Below are positions 1 to 13,787 of a stretch of 64,000 nucleotides of DNA, in pieces; the first letter of the stretch is position 1; each line of letters opens with the position of its first letter. The stretch is from Octopus vulgaris (taxonomy: Eukaryota), in NCBI GenBank assembly GCA_951406725.2, contig OX597824.1, positions 75,702,001-75,766,000 of the forward strand, read 5' to 3'. The position numbers were made by a program, and so were the translations under genes. Below the pieces are notes generated by a model, which searched no databases, was not told where the DNA came from, and saw nothing but the letters and a program-made list of their open reading frames with translations.

Positions 1-163
1 CGGTTGAAATTCCTTCCTGGAGTTCTTGCCAACGAATTTTGAGCGAAGAATAGCAAAAGAAAAGAATAGCATCAAAGAAAAGAATCGCTTGTTCACGGAA
101 GATTATAAGCAGTCACGACTGAATAGTTGGAAGTTGATCCAGACCTTGTTATGAAGGTTATCA

Positions 164-261
164 TTCACAAGGCTTTGGTCGGTCCGAGGCTAGAGTAGAG
201 GACACTTACCTAAGGTGCCACGCAGTGAGACTGAACCCGGAACCATGTAGTTGGTAAGCAA
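164..261 (-). mobile_element. SINE family C fragment (5' part)
   Basis: Matches the reverse complement of the family C head seen full-length at 6802-7215 (…gtgccacgcagtgagactgaacccggaaccatg…). Confidence 0.8.
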
Positions 262-500
262 CACCCGAGCACACACAAACACACGCGAGCGCGCATATAT
301 ATTTCGAAGTCACTTTCAACCTCTTCATTGTAAAAATTTATGTATCATTTTACTCTTTTAAAAGCTGGTTATGACAGTTGATTATCTCCCGCTAGCGATG
401 CAAACAAGAGTACTTATATATTCACCACAAGTGCTTATGAAAGATTCTCCCATGCTAACTATCGCAGTATTGTGTGATTTAACACATCCACTGTTAAGTG

Positions 501-1081
<581 letters not shown>

Positions 1082-1614
1082 GATGCGTGTATGTACGGTC
1101 GTACATCGATACATACGTATGTATGAATAACACGGCCAGACACAAGAACATACACATGTCATGACTATTGAAATTTTTAATAAAAATTTATAATATTGTC
1201 CTGAAGTGAGAAAACAATGGAAATAGAATGAAATCTGAAAACTAAGAAATAAAGTGGAGGCCGAGTATTCATAAAGTTAATCAGATTTGCGTTCAGTTTT
1301 TTTTTTCTCCCCTTAAGACTATTGTTAATTCTAACCTCTATGCACTGACGTCACGGTCTACTAGACATTCTCCAGAATTATCGGAGAATATGTTTACTCT
1401 TCAACATCGTATATTACTGAAGTGTGTTGCAGGCAGAAGAACCATAAATGAGAGGTGTCTGAGTGGAGGAGGATGGGATGGGAAGGGGGGGGGGGAAATA
1501 TTTCAGTAAATAACGACTTCGTGATTACATGAATTACGTTTTCGTGGCTGGGCCTTAGGGTGTCCGATTGCTTTAACTCGTTCCGTTCCTTCATTATTTA
1601 TAGTGTGGGGATTC

Positions 1615-1645
<31 letters not shown>

Positions 1646-1896
1646 ATCGAAGCAATGGAAAAAGTTGTTGATCATCGGAAATAAGAGGATGGTGTGTCTG
1701 TGTGCGTGTGTATTTGTGTGTTTGTGCCTGTATTTGTCCTCCATCATCACTTGACAACCGTTGTTGGTGTGTTTACGTTCCCGTAACCAAGTAGTTCAAC
1801 AAAAGAGAACCGATAGAATAAGCGGTGGTGGGGGACAAACACATGTATCTATCTATTTACATACATATACATACATACATACATACATACACACAT

Positions 1897-1968
<72 letters not shown>

Positions 1969-2099
1969 TAATCCAAACAAGAAAACACAAAAAAACACAG
2001 CAACGCGAGGACGTGGATCAAATAAAGTATTATTGGACGCTGAGGAAAGAAGGGAATAGGGAATAACAGGTATTCCAGGTTATCAGGACATTTACTATT

Positions 2100-2860
2100 T
2101 TGCACTTATCTAATGAAAAAGAAATAACGAAAAATATAAAATAGTTAGTGAAAGTCAATTAAATAAGATTAGCAATATATCTAAAAAAATCATGACGAAA
2201 TACGATTTGTAAAATAGAACTGAACCATATGTCCCCGTGCATCCTAGAATAACCATTAAGGACCATGAAAAAAAATTCTATTCGAACCCGCAAGTAAGAC
2301 TGTTATACCCATGTAAATCCGATATAGAAAGACTCAGTAAACTTATATTAGATAAATATATAGATAACCTTAAACTCTGGAGTTGTACTCGAAATACGTT
2401 AAATTGGTTCAAAAATATTAAAGATAAAAATAGGTACAAGTTCATCCAAACAGATATAGAAAATTATTATTCATCTATTAACGAGATTATTCTATATAAG
2501 GCCCTTATATATGCTATGAGAAAGGTTAAGATGACATATGATGAAGTTAAAGTAGTACTAACGGCGAGGGAATCCCTAATTAAATATAAAAATAAACTAT
2601 GGGCTAGGAAAGACACAAGGGATTGCTTTGATATACCCATGGGTGCCCCAGACTCTGCGCAAGTAACAAATTTAGTAGGGATATACCTATTATCTGAACT
2701 TGGGTTAGAACATCTTAACATAGAAGGAGGTCTATATAGGGATGACCTACTTTTTATAACTAAAACTGCATTAATAGATCATTAGGAAACATAAAGAAAC
2801 GACTATACAAATTCTTTAAGAATTATATTGATAGAGAAAGAACATTCTGCGGTTAACTAA
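2100..2860 (+). mobile_element. Penelope-like element (Naiad-type) reverse transcriptase fragment, decayed
   Basis: ORF 2237-2785 has ITIKDH…NPQVRL…KSDI, FIQTDIENYYSSI, FDIPMGAPDSAQVTNLVGIYLL and GLYRDDLL, matching the PLE RT motifs FDVTMGSxDGAEVCELVG and GLYRDDGL; truncated by stops. Confidence 0.85.
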
Positions 2861-3086
2861 CTGTTTTTTTCTTTTCGCCTGTTTTAAAATTGTAACTTAA
2901 AAACTGATGATGTCATTCCAACAACGTGTGGACGCTGGTTACTCTCGTTCATTCTTTACGTTTAAATTTCTGAAATTTTGAATTTTTATCACTTCTTATT
3001 CTGAACTTGACAAAGACAGACGTACTGTTGAAATATCGTTCAACTAATTAAATATCTTACAACCGAATCGCGCTCTTCGTCTTGAC
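2861..3086 (+). repeat. PLE pseudo-LTR copy 1 with a minimal hammerhead-like motif (3002-3042)
   Basis: Near-identical to 5010-5235, which directly follows a PLE GIY-YIG ORF; contains tgaac-TTGACAA-a-gacag-acgta-ctgtt-GAAA-ta-TC-gttca. Confidence 0.7.
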
Positions 3087-3150
<64 letters not shown>

Positions 3151-3156
3151 TTTAAT

Positions 3157-3223
<67 letters not shown>

Positions 3224-3401
3224 GAATTACTATTATTATCGTAAACGCAAGTTTACCTCAAAAATAACAAACTGAAACAAATGTAAATGTTATCTTAACC
3301 ATAATTAAACTATGATCATTCAATACTTATGATTAACTTCTAGTTGTTACATATTGCTTCATTTCTTCTCTTATCTTATCTGAATATATATATACACACA
3401 C

Positions 3402-3484
<83 letters not shown>

Positions 3485-3499
3485 TGAGTAAGTGAGAGA

Positions 3500-4590
3500 G
3501 TTTGTGTAACAAAATACTTGTTCCTGGTGTGACGAATAAACAGTGTGCGGTGTGGATTGTATGTTAGAAATTCCGTGTGAGAAAAAATGGTTGGTTGTAT
3601 TGGAATTTCTGGAAAATTTTCCGTTACGATTTTCAACCCAGCGTCAATGAGTTTATCATATAACATTCGTCCTGAAAATAAAAAAACGACTTCTCTTTAT
3701 ATTTCAAAGCAAATCTTCTCAACCAGAATGCTTCCTTGCCCACTGGCTCAGGGGAATGGGAAATCAGCTTTTTCAGCTTCTTTTCTTTTTTGTCTTCAGG
3801 GCCGAAATGTCCATCAAACACTGACACAAAAAGTTCAAACGATTTTTAGAAGATCATACCTTTTCAAGGACAATCGAAATCTCCTTAACGTCTGCACCAA
3901 GCAGTATTAATTTTGAAGGATAGTTTTCAATAATAGTTTCCATTATGTTTAATGAATTGCTCTCACCATTTAATTTAAACTTTTGGAGCAATGAATTGTC
4001 AGGCTTTGATTCGTATATTTGATGTAAGACCGTCCGGTATAACTTTTTCTTGTTTGCATGTTTCCAGAAATGATAGATGGCTCTTGATTTTAGCATGAAA
4101 ACGATTAAGTTTTTTCACTGATAGAAATGTCGACTTCTCAATTTCTGATTCATATTTGAATGGTACGAAATCCATTGGCCCTGGATTGGGTTCAACACTG
4201 GGGTCTAGCGAAACTAATAGGACTGTCACGCCAACTGTGAGAAGGAATAAAACGCAGAAGTTGTAATTTACATTACGATTTTCCTTAGACACCCGGCTGC
4301 TTTGGTAGCTTCCAGAATTTCTGTATGTTCCAATTCTTATTCTGTGTACCATAAAATCAATCATCTCAATCTACTTGATTTTTATATTTTAAAAGAAAAA
4401 GATAGAAAAAAAAGACAGAAAAAATTGTAGCCTTTAGACGGAATAAGAATATAAGAGAATTACTGACCTCTATATCTGACTCCAAGAAAACGAACATTGG
4501 AGTATCTGCACGCTGTACCTTAAAGAACAGCCACAAGAGACGTAAGCCTTGTTCACTGAGCAACAACATGAGTGAAGTAAATTCCATCAG
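3500..4590 (-). mobile_element. 5' region of a PLE ORF (frameshifted) with a 2A-like motif and a Ulp1-like segment
   Basis: HLSFLETCKQEKVIPDGL resembles the PLE N-terminal HxxFLxxCxxxxxIPxGL motif; DPSVEPNPGP lies upstream; GRMLYDKLIDAGLKIVTENFP…LFIRHTRNKYFVT lies downstream. Confidence 0.6.
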
Positions 4591-4599
4591 AAATCATAA

Positions 4600-5235
4600 C
4601 AGAAAAGTTACGATTTATACAGAAGGTGGAACATGTAAAGATTCCCATTTTGGTGTACGCTGCAGAATGCACGAAACACAACTTAATTTATGTTGGTTGC
4701 ACAACAGAACAATTAAACAAAAGATTTAATGGGCACAGATTTGATGTCAGGCACAATAACAATAGTTCGACAGAAGTTGCTGAACATTTCGTTTCAAGCG
4801 GCTGCAATTTTGGAGAAGACTTGAAAATGCATATTCTCAAGAAAATATTTTGAATCTGCTTCACTTTCACTTCTCAGAATGTATCAGGAGAAATATGTTT
4901 GCGGGTTATTAACATGTCGCCCTGGAGGAATGAATCAAATTTATGCAAAACTGTTTGATTAAATATTCTTCTTTCTTTTTCTCTTTCCTTTTTTATGTCG
5001 TCTTCTTTTTTCTGTCTTTTTCTTTTCTCCTGTTATAAAATTGTAACTTAAAAACTGATGATGTCAATCCATCAACGTGTGGGCGCTGGTTGCTCTCGTT
5101 CATACTTTACGTTTGAATTTCTGTAATTTTGAATTCTTATCACTTCTTATTTTGAATTTGACAAAGACAGGCGTTGAACTAATATCGTTCAACTAATAAA
5201 ACATCTTACAATCGAATCGCGCTCTTCGTCTTGAC
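4600..5235 (+). mobile_element. PLE (Neptune-like) GIY-YIG endonuclease 3' fragment plus pseudo-LTR
   Basis: LVYAAECTKHNLIYVGCTTEQLNKRFNGHRFD…VAEHF; C-terminal PGGMN (cctggaggaatgaat, 4921); followed by the repeat shared with 2861-3086. Confidence 0.8.
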
Positions 5236-5317
<82 letters not shown>

Positions 5318-5343
5318 ACAGCAGCAACAAAAACAACAACAAC

Positions 5344-5427
<84 letters not shown>

Positions 5428-5676
5428 CCTTTCTAGTTAAGGCAGAATGCTAGGGAAATAGTCATCATCATCATCATCATCATAATTACTATTATTATCG
5501 TAAATGCAAGTTTACCTCAAAAATAACAAACTGAAACAAATGTAAATGTTATTTTAACCATAATTAAACTATGATCATTCAATAGTAATGATCAACTTGT
5601 AATTGTTACATGTTGCTCCATTTCTTTTCTTATCTTATCTGAATCACTCTCTCTCTCTCTTTTATATAACTTATGT

Positions 5677-5974
5677 GGTGGCATATGGCCTAGTGGTTAG
5701 AGCAGCGGACTCGCGGTCGAGGGATCGCGAGTTCGAATCTCAGACAGGGTGATGTGTGTGTTTATGAGCGAAACACCTAACTTCTATGCGACTCCGGCAG
5801 AAGGTAATGGCGAACTTCTGCTGACTCTTTCGCCACAACTTTCTCTCACTCTTTCTTCCTGTATCTTGCAGCTCACCTGCGACGGACGGCGTCCCGTCCA
5901 GGTGGGGAACCTATATGGCACGGAAACCGGGAAATCGGCCCTATGAGCCAGGCATAGCTTGAGAAGGAACAAAC
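5677..5974 (+). mobile_element. tRNA-derived SINE family B (Meta-domain-like body)
   Basis: A box tggcctagtgg and B box gttcgaatc; body cacctgcgacggac…cgtcccgtccagg…gaaaccgggaaa; homologous copies at 34083 and 63845. Confidence 0.85.
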
Positions 5975-6084
5975 ATGTACAACTTTTGTGTTTCGAGACC
6001 CAGTTCTAAAAGAAAAAAAAATATTATTTCACGTTTTCTCGAAAGTTTAGAAATCCTTTTTTTTTTGTTTTTATTTTCTACTGT

Positions 6085-6296
6085 TTTACTCTTTTACTCT
6101 TTTACTTCTTTCAGTCATTTGACTGTGGTCATGCTGGAGCACCGCCTTTAGTCGAGCAAATCGACCCCGGGACTTATTCTTTGTAAGCCTAGTACTTATT
6201 CTATCGGTCTCTTTTGTCGAACCGCTAAGTTACGGGGACGTAAGCACACCAGCATCGGTTGTCAAGCGATGTTGGGGGTCAAACACAGACACACAA

Positions 6297-6336
<40 letters not shown>

Positions 6337-6514
6337 ATATATACATATATACGATGGGCTTCTTTCAGTTTCCGTCTACCAGATCCACTTACAAGACTTT
6401 GGTCGGCCCGAGGCTATAGTAGAAGACACTTGCCCAAGGTACCACGCAGTGGGACTGAACCCGGAACGATGTGGTCGGTAAGCAAGCTACTTACCACACA
6501 GCCACTCCTACGCT
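6085..6514 (-). mobile_element. SINE family C, full length, with internal microsatellite
   Basis: Reverse complement of 6802-7215; (GTAAAAGA)n tail. Confidence 0.9.
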
Positions 6515-6801
6515 TATATAACATTTATACAATTTTTCTCTCACATTTTAGATTCCGTGCAACGTAATTTTCTAGAGACACTTTGAATAAAGAATTTAAG
6601 CAGTGTTCAGTCATGATAGACAGAAATTTGTTCTTTATAAAGGATAAATGAGGAACTCTTTTCTGTTTCACAGCTTGTGTTAGGAATTGTCAAATACATC
6701 TTAACTACAGTAGTAACTTCGCTTACATGTTGCTCATAAATAAGCTGATGAATTTCTGAGTATTTTAGATGGCATGTTCTCTTCTTATTTAGAACTTTTT
6801 A

Positions 6802-7215
6802 AGGCGCAAGAGTGGCTGTGTGGTAAGTAGCTTGCTTACGAACCACATGGTTCCGGGTTCAGTCCCACTGCATGGCATCTTGGGCAAGTGTCTTCTACTA
6901 TAGCCTCGGGCCGACCAAAGCCTTGTGAGTGGATTTGGTAGACGGAAACTGAAAGAAGCCTGTCGTATATATGTATATATATATATGTATGTGTGTATAT
7001 GTTCGTGTGTCTGTGTTTGTCCCCCCCCCCCCGTCCAACATCGCTTGACAACCGATGCTGGTGTGTTTACGTCCCCATAACTTAGCGGTTCGGCAAAAAA
7101 GACCGATAGAATAAGTACTAGGCTTACAAAAATAAGTCCTGGGGATCGATTTGCTCGATTAAAGGCGGTGCTCCAGCATGGCCGCAGTCAAATGACTGAA
7201 AGAAGTAAAAGAGTG
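6802..7215 (+). mobile_element. SINE family C, full length
   Basis: tRNA-like head ggcgcaagagtggctgtgtggtaag…gggttcagtccc, internal (TA)/(TG) tract, 3' end …gcagtcaaatgactgaaagaagtaaaagag. Confidence 0.9.
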
Positions 7216-7260
7216 CAAAATTTACTAAATTGTGGTCGACATCATCTTGGTAATATGATA

Positions 7261-7592
7261 CCCGAGGCTATAGTAGAAGACACTTGCCCAAGGTACCACG
7301 CAGTGTGACTGAATCCGGAAACTGAAAGAAGCCCATCGTATATATGTATATATGTGTATGTGTGTGTGTGTCTATATGTTTGTGTGTCTGTGTTTGACCC
7401 CCAACATCGCTTGACAACCAATTGCTGGTGTGCTTACGTCCCCGTAACTTAGCGGTTCGGCAAAAGAGACCGATAGGATAAGTACTAGGCTTACAAAGAA
7501 TAAGTCCCGGGGTCGATTTGCTCGACTAAAGGCGGTGCTCCAGCATGGCCACAGTCAAATGACTGAAAGAAGTAAAAGAGTAAAACAGTAGA
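7261..7592 (+). mobile_element. SINE family C, 5'-truncated with an inverted 5' segment (7261-7320)
   Basis: The first ~60 bp are antisense family C sequence, joined at ggaa to the sense ggaaactgaaagaagccc body. Confidence 0.8.
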
Positions 7593-7599
7593 AAATAAA

Positions 7600-8350
7600 A
7601 ATTTAAGTTTAATATTGTCGTCAACCGTGTCAGAGTTGTTCACCAATTCTGAGGAGAGGAATTGAGCCTCTCCTATTACAATCAATGCTCTGGTGTAACT
7701 GAGTTACCGAGCAGTCGTAGAGTTAATTTAGGGTTTTTATTCTAAATTCGTCTTTTCCTCTCAAAGTAGCAATACCACTTGTTTGTTCTGAAATTTCTTT
7801 GTAGCAATGGTTTAAGAACAGAAGAATAACATGAGGTGATATTTTCACATAATCATTTTCTTTTTGATTAATAGTGTGCAATCCTGTCATCTGAATTTCC
7901 TCGAAGTTCTGTATCAAATTAAAGTAAAGATGATAGTAGAAGATAACCTTCTAAGTTGTTTTGTTAAACTGTTGCAGAATCTTTTCCTAAACGTCTGTTA
8001 AAAAAGCATATTTCAACTTACCGACTTGAGGTATAAATATTTTGCTTTTCGTTCACCTTTAGGTTTCTCCTCTGAGTCTTCAAGAATATGTTTGAGAATT
8101 TGTAAAATACCCGTGTATCCATTTTTAATTGCTTTGACTGCTTTGTAGTGTGAAGAGAATTGCTAGAAACAGCTCCCGCAGTTCGTGCACTGTCGCTGGC
8201 CTCACTGGTTCTTGGCTGGTTTGCTTGTTTCAGCTATAGATTTTGACAAATTTGAGGCTGTAAAATAATTTGATAGTTTTTAATAGAGATCGCTTATCCT
8301 TGAGTTTGCATTATGAGTATCCACTTAAATACTTTGGTGAACACATTGCC
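7600..8350 (-). mobile_element. Possible LINE ORF1 (I/Jockey-like) remnant
   Basis: Decayed coding-like frames (ISPHVILLFL…LRGKDEFRIKT; LHQSI…SSELVNNSD) loosely resemble gag-like ORF1 N-termini; weak. Confidence 0.25.
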
Positions 8351-9365
8351 ATTCCTCTTGTTATTCTTCGTTTTTATTCTTTTTCTTTAAAACGAGATAA
8401 ATTACCTTAACCACAGCAGGACAGAGCTTGTTAATGTCGGGCGAATAAAACTGGAATAAATACCGAAAAGTTTTATTCAAGTCTCTTATTCTAACCTACC
8501 GAGTAACTAATTGTTATGATTATCGATTTATAAAACCTGTTTCAGCAAGATTTTTAAGTTAAAAAATATGAAACAAAGTATTTCAGTATTTCTTTAGTTT
8601 ATTACATTTTTTTCGCATACCATAAAAATTCCAGTATGAAATGAAATGAAATCTAAATAAATCGGTGGTTCATTGTCAAGAAAATGTATAGTATCCATTA
8701 TACTGTTAACATTCTGAATTATCAACTCGGTTATTTCTAACCCCATGTCTGGAGTCGCTCTATCACTCATTCTATATTATTTCAAAATTTTGCCATAAAG
8801 GCATAACACAGACGGAGTAGCTTGCGGGCTGGACAAAAACATTGATGAGATGAATGATGAAAAAGGATGATATTGATGGGAGAAGACAAAAGACACCTGT
8901 CGATTTTTTGCTTCTCTAAAATATATATATTTTTTTTTTATACAGTAAAAACAATACGAGGTATTAAGCCCCTTACTTTAGTTCCTTAGTTCATTCTCAG
9001 TTAAGGCCCTGAGCCTCTTACAAACAACAGACTCAAAACACAAAACAAAATAACCTCTTACTTTAATGTTGATACACAATACGAGGCATTAAGCCTCTTA
9101 ATTTTTCCGCCCCGCCATCACTCGACCAGGCTCAATGCCTCACTCAAGCACCTCGATGGTGCTAGGTCGGGACTTTACAGCAAAAAGCGAAATATGTCCT
9201 CAACGAAGGACTTTATTACCTCAAACAAGATTTTTTTTTTCCCACACGACCTCCGCTGCGAAGTAAATCATCTCGATGACAAACTTTAGATGTGGATAAG
9301 GATTCACGTTTCCAGAACAGCAATAGGTGTAAGCGAGTGTGCATGCGTGTGTGTGATTGATAAAT

Positions 9366-9429
<64 letters not shown>

Positions 9430-9604
9430 GAATGTTGGGTCCCCCTTTGACCCATGAATAGTGAAGAAGGGAGGCGAATATATATATATATATATGCGTG
9501 TGTGTGTGTGTGAATATATATATATACATATACATTTATATAATGTGTGTATATATGTATATATATATGTGTGTGTGTGCGTGTATGTGTGCATGGCTGT
9601 GTGG

Positions 9605-9687
<83 letters not shown>

Positions 9688-10093
9688 ATTGATTCACAAT
9701 TGACTATGTCAGTTACCATGAATGCAGAAATGGAGAATTGCATTTTTATTTATTTATTTATTTATAATTTTTCTTTTTATATATCAGAAATTTTAAATTG
9801 TAATTTTCATCGATAATATATATTGCAACTGGAGAATTATAATTCAAGTCTACAGGAACAGAACTTTCATTCACTGCTTTTTTTCCCCGGCTTTTTGTTA
9901 GCAGAGCTGGCTATTTGACGCTTGAATAAATCTATCGTTGTCTGTCTTCCGTGTCCGTATGTACCTAGGCGTCTGTATGTGTTGGAGGGGAGGGGGCAGT
10001 TTCGCCGCTGGATTTGGTAGTGACTGACAATTGGTCTTTCTGTTGACAAATTTCGGGCGCTGCCTTTACATTACAGACCTACAATATTACGGT

Positions 10094-10476
10094 GGAGGCG
10101 CAATGGCCCAGTGGTTAGGGCAGCGGACTCGCGGTCGTAGGATCGCAGTTTCGATTCCCAGACCGGGCGTTGTGAGTGTTTATTGAGCGAAAACACCTAA
10201 GGCTCCACGAGGCTCCGGCAGGGGATTGTGGTGATCGCTGCTGTACTCTTTCACCACAACTTTCTCTCACTCTTACTTCCTGTTTCTGTTGTACCTGTAT
10301 TTCAAAGGGCCGGCCTTGTCACTCTCTGTGTCACGCTGAATATCCCCGAGAACTACGTTAAGGGTACACGTGTCTGTGGAGTGCTCAGTCACTTACATGT
10401 TAATTTCACGAGCAAGCTGTTCCGTTGATTCGGATCAACCGGAACCCTCGTTGTCGTAACCGACGGAGTGCTTCCA
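10094..10476 (+). mobile_element. tRNA-derived SINE family A, full length, 11-bp TSD
   Basis: A box tggcccagtgg, B box tttcgattcc, anticodon-loop-like gactcgcgg; TSD acaatattacg at 10081-10091 and 10476-10486. Confidence 0.92.
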
Positions 10477-11096
10477 CAATATTACGTCTGAAGATATCTG
10501 TCGTATAAAATAATAATCGAAGAATACAGATATTTACAAATCCAAATGATTTCTCCATTTTCTGCCGACAAAAAACAATAGTATATACTGAGCTGACTAT
10601 TTTCTTGTTCCATGTTTATATTAATTTTCTTTGCCGTCATATGTATTGATCGGTTAATTTAAACTGTGGTTTATTCTGTATTTATTCAAATTTTTTTTCT
10701 TTGTCATACTTGTGATGTGCAAATGTATTCACATAAACAGAGCTACTTCCTCTATGTACAAATTCGTGAGAATACAAGGTGACATTCGATTGCTTCAATA
10801 TAATGATACACCTTCCTATAGTTGCTTAAATTATATATTAATATAGCAATATTTTTTAGTTCGAACGTTCATGAAACGATCGTAAATTTATGTAATAAAA
10901 CAGCATGTTCACTCCGCTCTCATTGTTGATGATTATATAAATTCTAAGCATATCTATCGATTTTCAGGAATATAATCTGTAAAAAAATCCTCTGATTTCA
11001 AGTCGTGTCTCATAGCTTCCGCCGGTAGATGAGCTTAAAAGAGCAAACTCCAGGATTAAAACTCGAATGAAATCTATACATACATACATACATACA

Positions 11097-11432
11097 TACA
11101 TACATACATACATACATACATACATACATACATACACACATACTTATATTCATGAATTCACCTGATAACGTTTTTTTTTTCCTAATGATATTTCTCCATT
11201 AATCAATTAAAAACTCGTTGGAAACAGCTGTAGTGGATTGAGACATTATCCATCTGTTGTTATCTATTTACATACATACATACAACCATACATACATACA
11301 TACATACATACATTTATTCACCTCATGACAGCGTTTTTTTTCTTCTCATGATATAATTTCTCAATTAATCAATTAAAAACTCGTTGGAAACAGCTGTAGA
11401 GTGGATTGACACACTATGCATCTGTTGTTATC

Positions 11433-11466
<34 letters not shown>

Positions 11467-11696
11467 CATACATACACACATACATACACACATACATACA
11501 TACATGTATTAACCTCATGACAGCGTTTTTTCTAATGATATAATTTCTCCATTAATCAATTAAAAACTCGTTGGAAACAGCTGTAGTGGTTTGACACATT
11601 ATCCATCTGTTGTTATCTATTTTCATACATACATACATACATACATACATACATACATACATACATACATACATACATACATACATACATACTTAC

Positions 11697-11727
<31 letters not shown>

Positions 11728-11918
11728 CACACATACATACACACATACATACATACACACATACATACATACACACATACATACATACACACATACATAC
11801 ATACATGTATTAACCTCATGACAGCGTTTTTTCTAATGATATAATTTCTCCATTAATCAATTAAAAACTTGTTGGAAACAGCCGTTGTGGATTAGCACAT
11901 TATCCATCTGTTGTTATC

Positions 11919-11956
<38 letters not shown>

Positions 11957-11967
11957 CATACATACAT
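11097..11967. repeat. Composite tandem repeat: four ~120-bp units separated by (CATA)n
   Basis: …cctcatgacagcgttttt…aattaaaaactcgttggaaacagctgtagtggattgacacattatccatctgttgttatctattt recurs at about 11148, 11312, 11505 and 11805. Confidence 0.9.
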
Positions 11968-12914
11968 CAACATGGAGACAAGTACTTAGGTACGTAAATT
12001 AATATTAATTCATTTCCTGCAATTTTTATAACCGTTTCAGCTTATTGTTTTGTCTTATATTTCGTTATTGTTGTTGTTGTTCTCGTTGTTGCTGTTGCTG
12101 TTCTTTTCTTCCAACCGGTTTCAATATTTTCGCTTCTCTATTAGCGTCGCTAAGGAATTCTGCTTCCTGTGGTTTGGGTACATTTTCATTTATTTATTTA
12201 CTTATTTATATATAATTACTTATTTATTTCCGTTCATTCATCATACTTTGATAAAAAAGAAAAGAGCAAAATTAGATTTCAGAACTAACATATTTGATGA
12301 AGATTGCTATACACACTACGCTATTGAAACACAGTTCGTTCTGGTGCCACTTTGGGATTACGAGTTTATGCTTCATTATTTATCGAATAGATACGTCACT
12401 TCATACTCATATATACACGCGCACGCATGTATGTATGTATGTACGTATGTTTTATAATTGGATTCGCAGAGGTCAATGAACTCAAGTGTGAATGTGCGTG
12501 TGAAAGGCAATATAATAACTATGTGGTTTGAAAACGGATAGCAAAGGACACGATTAACAAGACAGATTCTATACCCGAGGGAAAAAATTACAATAATTTC
12601 ATAAGTATCGAAGCCAATAATCAATTCTGTGTGTATGTGTGCATACGTGTATGTGTGTGTGTGTGTGTGTGTAAATATACACGTAAAATATATCTAGACG
12701 ACTGCGTGGATAAATGAAATAAAGTGGCACTCAACATAGTTGATATGAATTACATATATATTTTTAGTAACAGCTTCACTTAGCTTCATATGATTAAAAG
12801 ATTCGAGGGCTTCTACGACAAATTCTTCTTTTCTATATATCTGATCAGATAGGTCTTGTCTTTTCTACGAGTCCGTGAAACTTGAAGCCATTTGAAGCCG
12901 AGTCAAATTCTTAC

Positions 12915-13200
<286 letters not shown>

Positions 13201-13523
13201 CGAAAAAAAGTTATTTTGTTCAGTATGGACGGGTTTTCGAAATCCAATGATACCTTACACGCCTTTTTGGTTATGAAATTTTACAAATACACTCTCTCAG
13301 GGACATATGATATACCTATCATTATGGATAATACTAAATGTACCTTTCAGATTTTTCATAGTGTGATGTAACTCTTTGGAATAACAATTGCATGCGGCTG
13401 AAGAGAGCTTTAAACCATCGTTTATGTCTATTATACACTGATGTAAGAATAGATTGTTTATAAAGCTTGAAACACGTGTACCGCGTCATCCTTTGTGTTC
13501 CGTTTTTGATTTTATTTGATATA

Positions 13524-13737
13524 CTTACTTTTACTTGTTTCAGTCATTTGACTGCGGCCATGCTGGGGCACCGCCTTTAATCGAACAACTCGGCCCCGGG
13601 ACTTATTCTTTTGTAAGCCCAGTACTTATTCTATTGGTCTCTTTTGCCGAACCGCTAAGTAACGGGGACATAAACACACCAGCATCGGTTGTCAAGCAAT
13701 GCTAGGGGGACAAACACGGACACACAAACACACACAC

Positions 13738-13787
<50 letters not shown>

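Noticed and set aside
9860-10080. GC-richer unique stretch, possible promoter or exon
   Set aside because: No supportable motif or homology
10094-10170. tRNA-Arg-like gene
   Set aside because: It is the head of a SINE with body, tail and TSD; no proper acceptor stem
10176-10428. Recurrent short ORFs (MFIERKHL…, MVVIPAVLFHH…) that look like a gene family
   Set aside because: They are read-throughs of SINE family A copies
11097-11967. CRISPR-like repeat-spacer array
   Set aside because: Repeats are about 120 bp and the spacers are microsatellites; eukaryotic context with no cas genes
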